Below are positions 19,949-28,541 of a DNA stretch of 64,000 nt, piece after piece. Location of the stretch: the NCBI GenBank assembly GCA_964639985.1, contig CAZXHG010000012.1:1254-65253 (forward strand), in the 5' to 3' direction. The number at the start of each line of letters is the position of its first letter. Within the stretch, counting starts at the first letter, position 1. The translations under genes and the position numbers were made by a program. The notes beneath the pieces are model-generated. The model was not told the DNA's origin. It ran no database searches and saw only the letters and a program-made list of their open reading frames with translations. Source of the stretch: an uncultured Rickettsiales bacterium. Its GTDB lineage: Bacteria; Myxococcota_A; UBA796; UBA9615; CAYRNR01.

Positions 19949-20889
19949 TCAGAGGTCCTTCGCCGCGATGACGGTGAAGCCCCTGCGACACACCAGCCCG
20001 GTCGCGACGTAGACGAACGGATCCAGCACCTGGAACGGTCTCCAGGCGTCGATCACGTCCTTGTAGTCACACGCCTCCTCCTGGACCACCAGCATCGAGT
20101 CCGTGGTCGGGTTGTAGTTGGGCAGACCGCTCTGATCCGGCAGGAAGCCGTACGCCGAGACGAAGCCGAGGGCGACCTGTGTTTCGGGCTGCAGCGAGTT
20201 GCGAAGCCTCGCCAGCGTTGGCTGGGCGAGCGTCTTCCTGAGGAACGCGACCGGGTCGGTGTCCCACACGTGCTCCAGCGCGCTGCACTTGCCCTGGGTC
20301 TCCTTCTGCGCCCACTTGTCGGCCTTGGTGAAGCAGATGGCGACGCGGTCGTATGGCAGCCGGTCGTACCCCACCTCGTAGATGAGCTTCGGCAGCTGGG
20401 TGAAGAAGGTCATCGCGTCGGGATCGTCAGCGCTGATGCAGAGGATCAGTCCATCGCCGTCATGCATCTCCGCGACGACCCGCTTCCTGAACTCCTCGAT
20501 CTGCTTGTGATCGACGTCCGCGGCGTTGGAGTCGGGGAACATCACGCCGCCGGGGCCGTCCCACATGACGAACGTCGTCTCGAGCTCCCTCTTGACCTTG
20601 GTGAAGAAACCACTCTCGACCCAGGAGACCGCCAGCTTGAAGGAGTACTTCTGCATACCCTGGGTCGCGCCCATGGGCAGTACGCCATTCCTCAGGGTGT
20701 TCTTCACCGTCGAGAACAGCTCCACCAGTTCGTCGGAGCGGGGGTACACGACCACGTTCTGGGGGTGGAACCTCCTGGGCTGGGTATCGCCGGCGAGCTC
20801 CAGTGTCGACAGCAGGCCGGTCTTCCCGACCTTGGTCGGACCGATGACGATGTAGCGCTTGGAGGACTCGATCTTCTCGACCTTCATGA
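19949..20889 (-). CDS. P-loop GTPase (TRAFAC class), second of the tandem pair
   Basis: Start MKVEKIESSKRYIVIGPTKVGKTG (G1). G3 WDGPGG. G4-like ICFTKADK (N/TKxD). ATG overlaps the TGA of the upstream radical-SAM-like gene (ATGA). Confidence 0.6.
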
Positions 20890-21600
20890 GTTCCCTCTTG
20901 TGATCTGTTCTTCGGTAGCGGGTGGGAGTCGCATCGCCACCATGGTTTCGACTCGCTTCGCAGCGTCTCTCGTCTGCAGTCCCGAGATCGACACGGCACC
21001 GGTAGGGTCGACCCGGATGGAGAAACCCTTGCGTTGCCGCTCCCAGGCCTCGTCCAGGGTGGCCTGGTCGTACCGGCTGCTCAGGCAGTGGATACGCTGG
21101 TTGGTGGAGCCTCGCCAGCGCGCCGTGTCGGCGTAGCTCCCCTGCTGGAACGGACCATCGACCAGCAGGTCGGTCGAGGCGAGCCAGCGCGCCGTGCCAT
21201 GGTCCGTCCTGCGGTTCAGCTGCTCGAGGGTGTATCCCGTGTAGACCATGCACGAGAGTCCCAGGGCCCGAGCGCCCTGGAGGAGTGTGGCCAGGGCCTC
21301 CGGCTGTTCGGACGGTTCCCCGCCGAGCACGGTGATGCCCTCGACCGGTCTGCCCGATTCGCGACACACGAGCCGTAGTCGGTCGAGGATGTCCGTGACG
21401 CGGATCTCGGACCCACCCGCCGGATCCAGCAGCCTCGGTGTGAGGCAGACCTCGGTGCACCTCGACGTGCAACCCTGGAACCACAGCGGGACCCTCCAGC
21501 CCGGCCCGTTGTGCAGGGTTGGCCGCAGGCTGTCGAGTCCATGTCCCAGGCGGACCGAATCGTCGGGGTCGTGAGCCTGATCGTGTGCCGCGTCCGTCAT
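20884..21600 (-). CDS. Radical-SAM-like 4Fe-4S single-cluster protein (NrdG/QueE activase-like) with atypical cysteine spacing
   Basis: VPLWFQGCTSRCTEVC resembles the NrdG/QueE cluster-binding loop but is spaced CX3CX3C. Size (238 aa) and the ITVLGGEP glycine-rich SAM-binding-like segment fit this family. Confidence 0.5.
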   Translation of the reverse strand: MTDAAHDQAHDPDDSVRLGHGLDSLRPTLHNGPGWRVPLWFQGCTSRCTEVCLTPRLLDPAGGSEIRVTDILDRLRLVCRESGRPVEGITVLGGEPSEQPEALATLLQGARALGLSCMVYTGYTLEQLNRRTDHGTARWLASTDLLVDGPFQQGSYADTARWRGSTNQRIHCLSSRYDQATLDEAWERQRKGFSIRVDPTGAVSISGLQTRDAAKRVETMVAMRLPPATEEQITRGNS

Positions 21601-21616
21601 GCCTCCCTCGCGCGGT

Positions 21617-23548
21617 CTAGGGTGTGAGCCCCACCTTTGGAGGCTGGTCTAGATCGATGGGCGGCCGCGCGTCGGTCCGGCTGAGCAGGGCCTCGCAGTC
21701 CTCCTCGAACGTCTCCTGCTCGTCGGCGAACTTCGCCACCAGGTTCCGGGTGTTGTCGTCCTGCGGGTTCCGCCGCATCCACCTCCGGACGTAGGCCTCG
21801 TCGATCTCCAGGGTGTCGTTGTAGAGCAGGTCGTCTTCCAGCTTGCCGAAGAACACCTTGACCATTCGCCGCGCTGACTGACCGGCCATCAGATCCGCCA
21901 AGCGGTCTTCGTCGAGTCCGCCCACCAGCTGCACGTCGCCCCCCAGCTTTCGAAGGCAGCCGTGGATGATCGCCAGCCTGCCGCGGCGCGAGGGCAGGCC
22001 GATGTAGAGGTGGGAGCGGAACCTCTCCTTGATCGCCGCGTCGATCCGTTCAGGGTCGTTGGTGTCGGCGATGTAGATGATGTTGGTGTCGATGCGTCCC
22101 GAGGGAGGCTCGAAGATGGTCTTGAACGCGTTGACCAGCCCCGCCATGTTCTCGTTGCGCTTGGAGAGGTACTCGTCGGCCTCGTTGAAGTAGACGATGA
22201 GCTGCTCCTTCTCCTTCCATCCCCGGTACAGGGCATCGAGCTTGTCCAGGCTGACATCTTGCAACCCCCCCGTGCTCAGGTCAGCGGCCTCGACCACCTC
22301 GATGGAGATCCGGCCCTCCAGCGCCGTCATCAGGGATTGCGCCAGCGTGGTCTTGCCGGTCCCCGGGGGTCCGTACACGAGCGCGGAGCATCGCTTGAAC
22401 GAGTTCTCGTAGGTCTTCAGGGTCTCCAGTCGGGCCTTCTCCGTCTCGCCGAACAGGCGTTGCTTCCGCTCGTGGATACGATCCATCACCTCCTCGCGAC
22501 GGAGCATCATGTGCCTGACCCGATGGATGTAATTCCAGACCTGTGACGGGGCGACGTACTCCTCGAGCGGGAAGCCCCTCATCTCGTCGCTCTCCACCTG
22601 TCCGGTTCGCCGCAGCGAGGGTGGGATCTCGCGCATGGCGGCGTACAGGGTGGAGTCGCTGGCCGATTTGGCGAACAGGGGGCCGTGGGGCTCCTGGACG
22701 GACAGCGGCTTGAGAAGCACCGGGATGCAGTGCTCGAGTCTCAGGTCTGGAAGCTGCTCCACCAGGTCCGGGGGGAGCCGGCGATCCTCCAGCCCCGCGC
22801 ACACGAACCCCCCCGTGGCCAGCCTCTCGACCGTTTCCTTCTCGCGCGTGAGGATGACGACATCGACCGGAGTGCTCTCGCACAACCCGGGGAGCTTGGA
22901 GAAGCGGTCCTCGAGCATGCCTCGTTCCCTGTGCTCGGGGATCTCCTGCTCCAGCCGGAACCTGTCCGGCATCAGGAACGCGTCGTCCACCAGCACGAGC
23001 GTGCGGCTCGTGGCCCCGTGAGGGATGGGATCGTGGTGCGAGAGGTTCCACTCCAGCCCGCAGCGCTCCTCCACGACCGCGAGCAGTTCCCTCAGCCGGT
23101 CCGGGAGCGTGTTGCCGTCGCGTGGCGGCGTCCAGATGATGCGGTCCGGGGTGCTGCGGATCCCCACGTCGCTCATCAGGCTGCCGAGGTCGAGGTCGTG
23201 CTCACGTCGATCCGCCGCGCCGGAGCGAGCCGTCGAATCATCGCGGCCCGCGGTCCCGTCCTCCTTCCCGCGGAAACGCCAGATCCCGGTCCAGGAGCGC
23301 AGCGCCGTCCGGGTGGCGATCGGGATGTCCGGCAGGTGGTTTCCACCGGTCGTGGCGACGACGATCTCGGTGTACGGGCAGGGCGCCAGGAAGGTCAGCA
23401 CGCACTCAAGCGGCGTCCTGGCCGGGGGACGGCGACAGCCCGCGTAGTGGAGGCCCTCCGCGCCGACGACGACCGCGACCCGTCCGCCCTCTCCCTCGCC
23501 GATGGAGCGCAGCTTGGTGAGACTCTGCCGGGTGTGCGCGTCGCTCAC
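21617..23548 (-). CDS. AAA+ ATPase (classical AAA family) with ~350-aa N-terminal domain
   Basis: Walker A VYGPPGTGKTTLAQSL. Walker B LIVYFNEADE. Classical AAA second-region-like IKERFRSHLYIGLPS. Confidence 0.7.
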   Translation of the reverse strand: MSDAHTRQSLTKLRSIGEGEGGRVAVVVGAEGLHYAGCRRPPARTPLECVLTFLAPCPYTEIVVATTGGNHLPDIPIATRTALRSWTGIWRFRGKEDGTAGRDDSTARSGAADRREHDLDLGSLMSDVGIRSTPDRIIWTPPRDGNTLPDRLRELLAVVEERCGLEWNLSHHDPIPHGATSRTLVLVDDAFLMPDRFRLEQEIPEHRERGMLEDRFSKLPGLCESTPVDVVILTREKETVERLATGGFVCAGLEDRRLPPDLVEQLPDLRLEHCIPVLLKPLSVQEPHGPLFAKSASDSTLYAAMREIPPSLRRTGQVESDEMRGFPLEEYVAPSQVWNYIHRVRHMMLRREEVMDRIHERKQRLFGETEKARLETLKTYENSFKRCSALVYGPPGTGKTTLAQSLMTALEGRISIEVVEAADLSTGGLQDVSLDKLDALYRGWKEKEQLIVYFNEADEYLSKRNENMAGLVNAFKTIFEPPSGRIDTNIIYIADTNDPERIDAAIKERFRSHLYIGLPSRRGRLAIIHGCLRKLGGDVQLVGGLDEDRLADLMAGQSARRMVKVFFGKLEDDLLYNDTLEIDEAYVRRWMRRNPQDDNTRNLVAKFADEQETFEEDCEALLSRTDARPPIDLDQPPKVGLTP

Positions 23549-25200
23549 AGGTCGTCCTCCAGCTTATCCAGCCCCTTGGTCACTCCTCGCCAGGCGTCCG
23601 CGTCGACCTGGTTGGCGGCTTCGGCGGCCGTGGTCACGCACGCCTCGGACCGGTTCTGGGTGTCCACCTGCTGCTCGGTGACCTCACCCTCGGCCTGCAT
23701 CGCCCGGACGACCGCCTGAGCGCGGCTGCCGCAGGTCCGGTTGGAGGCGTGACCGTAGCCGTCCACCGTGTAGGAGCCATCGATGTCGAGGTGGACGTCG
23801 ACTCCCACGCCATCGAAGTTGCACTCGACGATCTTGGCGGACTTGGGATCATGAGGGGTTGCGTAGCGCTGTTCCACGCCGGTCAGGGGGCCGTAGATGT
23901 CGGCGAGGCGCTTGACGACCGTTGGCGCCACCTCGGCCCGATCCCGTGCTTGCCTGCGGACGATGGGCGTGGTGGCGTTGATGACCAGCGCCTGCTCCTC
24001 GAGCTTGTCGAGCTGCCGCTCGTGCCGGTCGGCCTGCACATCCAGCCGGCCGTAGCGGTCGTAGCTCTCGGCGGCCTCGCGCTCGATCCGCGCGGCGATC
24101 CGCCGGGCCTGGCCGGCCTCGGCCTCGAAGTATTCCTGGATGGCCTCATCCTCCAGGGAGCCCGCGACCTCCTGTGATCGCTGCATGAGCCGCTCCCGCA
24201 TGTCCACCAGCTCCGCCTCTCGCCGCATGGCTCGATAGGTCAGGGAGCGGGCCCCCGTCATGGCGCCGTGGGCCGCTGCCAGGGCTGCGGCCGTGTTGTT
24301 GGTCTCCAGCAGCTCGAAGACCTCCAGCTGCTTCAGCTCCGCCTGGTTCCGCTCTCCATCGAGCCGCAGGCGCTGGCAGTGGGCGTCATCGTGCTGCTGC
24401 GTCTCCTCCTGCGCCATGGTGACCAGCACTCGCGCTCGTGAAGCCTCGTCCTGCTCCTTGGCGAGGCGCTCTGCCCGGTCCTTCTCCAGCTCTGCCTCCA
24501 CGCGGTCGATCTCGGCCTGGAGCCGTCGCTCGGTCTCCTCTCTGCGACGTTCGGCCTCCTCGAGCCCCTCGGCCATCTCGTGGCGGACGTCGACGAACTC
24601 CCGGCGCACGGCCTCGACGTGCTGCCGGTGCGCGACATCCAGCGCGTCGATCTCCGCGGCCTGCTGTTGCAGCTCGCCGTGCACGGCGCGGAACTCCTGC
24701 TCGGTCCAGCGGGCCACGCCCTCGATCTCGCTGCCGAGTGCCTGGATGTCGGCTCCCTGGCGCTCGATCTCGTCCGTGACCTCGCCGATGGCCTGGCGGG
24801 TGGATTCCCCGAGGGCGTCGAGATCCCCGGCCAGCTGGATCTGGTTCGCTGCCAGGCCATGCAGCTCACCCTGCTGTCGCGTGAGCTCGCTGCGGGTCTC
24901 CTGGTAGCGCCGGTTCGCCTGCTCCGTGGCCCGTTCCTGGGCTCGCGCCAGGCGGCTCTGCGTATCCGAGATGGCTCGAACGTCGTTCTGGACGCCCTGG
25001 TTGACGCGGATCTGTCTCTGCAGATCCCCGCGCGTCCGGCCGAGCTCCTCCATGCGATTCCGCAGCTGGTTGCCCAGCGAGGTCGCTCTGCGGCGATACT
25101 GCTCGGCCTCGGCAGCGGCCTCCTCCTCCGCCAGCCGCCGCCTTGCCGCATCCCGCTCGGCGATGGAGTGGTAGATACATCCGTTGACCGTGTAGCTCAT
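23545..25200 (-). CDS. Coiled-coil protein (~550 aa) with a C-terminal globular region
   Basis: Probable start MSYTVNGCIYHS at 25200, with AGGAAAGGAA SD; the ORF opens at 25254. Long heptad-like Q/E/R/L-rich stretch. 4-nt overlap with the AAA gene. Confidence 0.5.
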   Translation of the reverse strand: MSYTVNGCIYHSIAERDAARRRLAEEEAAAEAEQYRRRATSLGNQLRNRMEELGRTRGDLQRQIRVNQGVQNDVRAISDTQSRLARAQERATEQANRRYQETRSELTRQQGELHGLAANQIQLAGDLDALGESTRQAIGEVTDEIERQGADIQALGSEIEGVARWTEQEFRAVHGELQQQAAEIDALDVAHRQHVEAVRREFVDVRHEMAEGLEEAERRREETERRLQAEIDRVEAELEKDRAERLAKEQDEASRARVLVTMAQEETQQHDDAHCQRLRLDGERNQAELKQLEVFELLETNNTAAALAAAHGAMTGARSLTYRAMRREAELVDMRERLMQRSQEVAGSLEDEAIQEYFEAEAGQARRIAARIEREAAESYDRYGRLDVQADRHERQLDKLEEQALVINATTPIVRRQARDRAEVAPTVVKRLADIYGPLTGVEQRYATPHDPKSAKIVECNFDGVGVDVHLDIDGSYTVDGYGHASNRTCGSRAQAVVRAMQAEGEVTEQQVDTQNRSEACVTTAAEAANQVDADAWRGVTKGLDKLEDDL

Positions 25201-25273
25201 CTCGATTCCTTTCCTGACCGGCCAGGGGGGCGAGCGATGGGCCGCTCCGGGCAAGTCCGCCCCAGCATGGGTA

Positions 25274-25734
25274 TCAATCCTCGCTCGAGGACGGGGCGGC
25301 CGCGCGGCTGAGGCTGTCGAGGAGGTCCGTCCAGCCGACGAGGACAGTCACTCGCGAGTCGGTTCGCTCGCACTCGTCGTGGAGTTGCTCCCGGCGTCTG
25401 GCGGCATCGTCGACCTCTGCGGTGTACGCGGCGAGCTCTCCCTCGACGTCCTCGGCCAGCGTCGGGCCGATGATGCGGTCCGTCCACTGCCCGACGAGGT
25501 CGACGAGTCTGCGGTCACATCCCGTGGGTAGGGGCACATCGCCCAGCGTCATCTCCCGGCGGATCACCTCGGCGTTGACTCGTGCCGTACCATCGGGGAG
25601 CTGGCCGTCCATACCCTCGGTGGATTCGAAGACCTCACGCTCGAGCCGCAGCAGCGCGTCCTCGACATCCTCCCCGGACTGGAAACGACTCCTCAGCTCC
25701 TCGAATCGCGCCCGCAGCTTGTCAATCGTCATGA
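25274..25734 (-). CDS. Small acidic/coiled-coil hypothetical protein (~153 aa)
   Basis: Internal start MTIDKLRARFEELRSRFQSG of ORF 25274-26311; the N-terminal extension is arginine-rich artefact. Overlaps the stop of the upstream gene by ~13 nt. Confidence 0.4.
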
Positions 25735-26462
25735 CGCACCTCGGCCAGGACGTCCTTGGGGATGCTCCATGTCTCCTCCAGGTGTGCGTCGGCGAGGCGA
25801 GGCTCCACGAAATCGGACAGGAGGCGGCGGGCGTGCACATCCGGCAGGTCGGCCAGGGCCTGCATGACCGCCGGATCGATGCGGTGCCAGTCCTCAAGGC
25901 GGCTCCGGGTCTCCCTCTCCTCACGCTCCAGGCTCTGCTTGCGCTCCTCGAGCGCTTCCTCCTCGGCCAGGACATCCTGGATCTCGGCCGACCGTAGGGC
26001 AGCCGCTTGAACTCGGGAGGCGACTCGCGCACGGTACTCGCCCAGGACCGGGGCGAGCTGCGTGATGCGCGCCTCCACCATGGCGGCAGGTTGTCTGTCG
26101 ATGTCCCTCCATTCCAGGAACCGCCCGGCCTCCTCGACGATCTCGGCATCCAGCGCGGCCTGACAGGACGCCAATCGGTGCTCGATCCCATCCGCGACAG
26201 CCTGCGTCCGCGCGCGTATGGTCTGCTCCGCAGCCTGCTCGGTCTCGGCGATCGCCTCCACGAGTGATGCCCTGTCGATCCTCGTTTGCTGCAGCTCGCG
26301 CTGGAGAGCATCCCTGCGAGATTCCATCTCGTCGGGCCGTTGCAGCTCGCTCAGCCTCGCTCGCAGCTGGCTGACCTCGGCTTCGAGACGCTGTTCCACC
26401 TCCCGCGTCCGGCCTCCGAGCAGTGACGCGACCCGCTCCACCCAGGCTTCGGCCTCGCCCAT
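25722..26462 (-). CDS. Coiled-coil hypothetical protein (~246 aa)
   Basis: Start MGEAEAWVERV. Its ATG overlaps the TGA of the upstream gene (TGATG). E/R/A/L-rich heptads. Confidence 0.4.
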   Translation of the reverse strand: MGEAEAWVERVASLLGGRTREVEQRLEAEVSQLRARLSELQRPDEMESRRDALQRELQQTRIDRASLVEAIAETEQAAEQTIRARTQAVADGIEHRLASCQAALDAEIVEEAGRFLEWRDIDRQPAAMVEARITQLAPVLGEYRARVASRVQAAALRSAEIQDVLAEEEALEERKQSLEREERETRSRLEDWHRIDPAVMQALADLPDVHARRLLSDFVEPRLADAHLEETWSIPKDVLAEVRHDD

Positions 26463-26911
26463 CAGGTCCCCCCTTCCCCCCTCAACCGCCGCTGGATGGC
26501 CCCCAGCTTCGCGGTCAGGTCCGCGACCTCCAGCTTCGCCCTGTCCACGGAAGTCCTGAGCGCGTCGACCTCGGCCTCGATCCGCTTGGCTCGCTCCGAC
26601 GCGGCCAGGGCTCGCTCGATGCCCGCCTCGAGCTCGCGCCGCTCCCCGCGGAGCTGCGAGATCCGGGGCGTCTCCACGTGCGCCTCCGGTGCGCTGTCGC
26701 CTACTCCAGCCAGCGATATCAGCGCGCTGAACTCCCGGCTCTCCGAGGAGCTCATGAGGAACCCCTGCATCCACTTGACCGCCGACTTGTGCAGGTCGAC
26801 GTCGTCCGGGCCGGCTGCCGCGATCGACTCGCGCATCTGCGTCAGGCAGGCATCTGCACCCTCCTGCCGGTAGACCTCGACCCAGGCCGCAGCCATCTCC
26901 CTGTGTGTCAT
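26462..26911 (-). CDS. Coiled-coil hypothetical protein (~149 aa)
   Basis: Start MTHREMAAAWVEVYRQEG, directly after the stop of the upstream gene. C-terminal ELEAGIERALAASERAKRIEAEVDALRTSVDRAKLEVADLTAKL coiled coil. Confidence 0.4.
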   Translation of the reverse strand: MTHREMAAAWVEVYRQEGADACLTQMRESIAAAGPDDVDLHKSAVKWMQGFLMSSSESREFSALISLAGVGDSAPEAHVETPRISQLRGERRELEAGIERALAASERAKRIEAEVDALRTSVDRAKLEVADLTAKLGAIQRRLRGEGGT

Positions 26912-26913
26912 GG

Positions 26914-28536
26914 TCACCCCTCCAGCCCGACCACCTGGATCGCGCTCGTCTGATCCGGGGAACGGCTGATCCGCTCCACGGCCAGCCGCATCCCCTCGTG
27001 CACTCCGCTGCGATCGGCGGCCGCGCTGATCAGGTACACCGTCGCTGCCAGGGCATCGCGGACCCGGGCCTGCACCCTCTTGTACGTCTCGAAATTCTTG
27101 GCAGCCTTGTCGTCGCAGTGGTCGTGCTGCAGGAACAGGTAGACGACGGGGATGCCGATTTCTCGGGCGAGCCTCAGCTGGTCCTTCCACACCGTCGACG
27201 TGTGTCGAACCGAGGTCATGAAGCCGAGGGAGTTCGCCACGGGCAGGAACGGATCGTCCCTCGTCAACAGCGGGGTGGGTGGTGAATTCCCCACGATCAC
27301 GATGCCGCATTCGTGCGCCCGGGTGTGGGAGAGGGTTTCGACCGCCTGCGCCAGTCCCTCCTCCATCGGATCCCAGATGTCGAGCCCTGGAGACCACGAC
27401 GCCTGGCCCAGCAGGCGGTCGGTGTCGCCGGCCTTGCCCTCGCCCGCCGGGGCCACGGCGAAGTCCGGTAGGACCACTCCTTGGGGCTGCGCCATTCCAC
27501 GCCCGGCCGTGTCTGCGACCCACCACACGTGCACCCTGTCCACGTCCTCGAGCAGGGTCTCGGTGGCCTCGGCCAGCGCCGTCCGGATCTCGAGGTTGAA
27601 GTCCTGCCAGGGCGTGGGACCGTTGGCCGAGTCGTCCCGGGGGCCCTCGGCGTTGGCCGGCGAGGCCTTGTACTCGTCGTGCACCTCGCTCGACGAGCCC
27701 CCGGACAGCATCGTCTCCCATGCTGCCGTCCAGTGCCTGCCATCCACGCAGGTGCGGTCGAACACCAGCGCCACACGATCCAGGGATCGTCTGGGCCGCT
27801 TCCTCGTCGTCGGGTCCTGGATCCTGCGGGGTGTTCGTGCCTCGCCGTTCAGTGCGACGATGGACAGGTGCCAGCGGTCCACGCCCTGTGCGCGTGGACG
27901 GAGATCCACGACGAGGGTTCCCCGACCGTGCGCCGGTATCCGAATCCAGATCGGTTTCGGCAGATGAGCGTGCTCCGACTCTGCCTCGATGCCGATGATC
28001 AGGGGCGCCTCGTCTGACGGTTCCGAGTCGATCCGTACCCGGAGGGGCAGGTCCTGGTTGTCGAACTGGCGCGTCTGCCTGCCGTGCACGCGCACCGTGG
28101 TCGAACGGCTCAAGTCGATGGATGCCAGGGCATCGAATTCCAGGCTCATGCCACGATCGAGGAGCGTTCCGTGCTCGTCGCACGAGAGGATCACGGTACC
28201 TTCGGCGCGCACCAGCTCGCTCGCCAGCTCGATGTGGGCGTCGGCCTCTACACCCGCGCCGGCAACGTCTCGCACCATGACGATGCGCGTGTCGAACCTC
28301 ATGATGTCGGCGGCCATCACGCGGGGATTCGGCTGCTCTCCCTCGAACAGGCGCTCGGCTCGATACCCGCCGACGGCCCAGGGACGACAGAAACCCTGGT
28401 AGACCGCGACGGTCGTCCCCCGGAGATCCACGATGATGAAGAACTCGCCGAGTTCGAATTCCTCGGCCAGCATGCGGAGGATGATCGGCGCATCGATCGG
28501 CGCTCTTCCTTCCGCGCTCTCACAACCTGGAGTCAC
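26914..28536 (-). CDS. Hypothetical protein (~520-540 aa), unknown domains
   Basis: C-terminal part of ORF 26914-30102; the >500-aa R/G-rich N-terminal extension is rejected. Start is ATG 28473 (MLAEEFELGEFF) or GTG 28536, directly after stop 28542 of the upstream gene. Confidence 0.45.
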   Translation of the reverse strand: MTPGCESAEGRAPIDAPIILRMLAEEFELGEFFIIVDLRGTTVAVYQGFCRPWAVGGYRAERLFEGEQPNPRVMAADIMRFDTRIVMVRDVAGAGVEADAHIELASELVRAEGTVILSCDEHGTLLDRGMSLEFDALASIDLSRSTTVRVHGRQTRQFDNQDLPLRVRIDSEPSDEAPLIIGIEAESEHAHLPKPIWIRIPAHGRGTLVVDLRPRAQGVDRWHLSIVALNGEARTPRRIQDPTTRKRPRRSLDRVALVFDRTCVDGRHWTAAWETMLSGGSSSEVHDEYKASPANAEGPRDDSANGPTPWQDFNLEIRTALAEATETLLEDVDRVHVWWVADTAGRGMAQPQGVVLPDFAVAPAGEGKAGDTDRLLGQASWSPGLDIWDPMEEGLAQAVETLSHTRAHECGIVIVGNSPPTPLLTRDDPFLPVANSLGFMTSVRHTSTVWKDQLRLAREIGIPVVYLFLQHDHCDDKAAKNFETYKRVQARVRDALAATVYLISAAADRSGVHEGMRLAVERISRSPDQTSAIQVVGLEG

Positions 28537-28541
28537 GAGCC

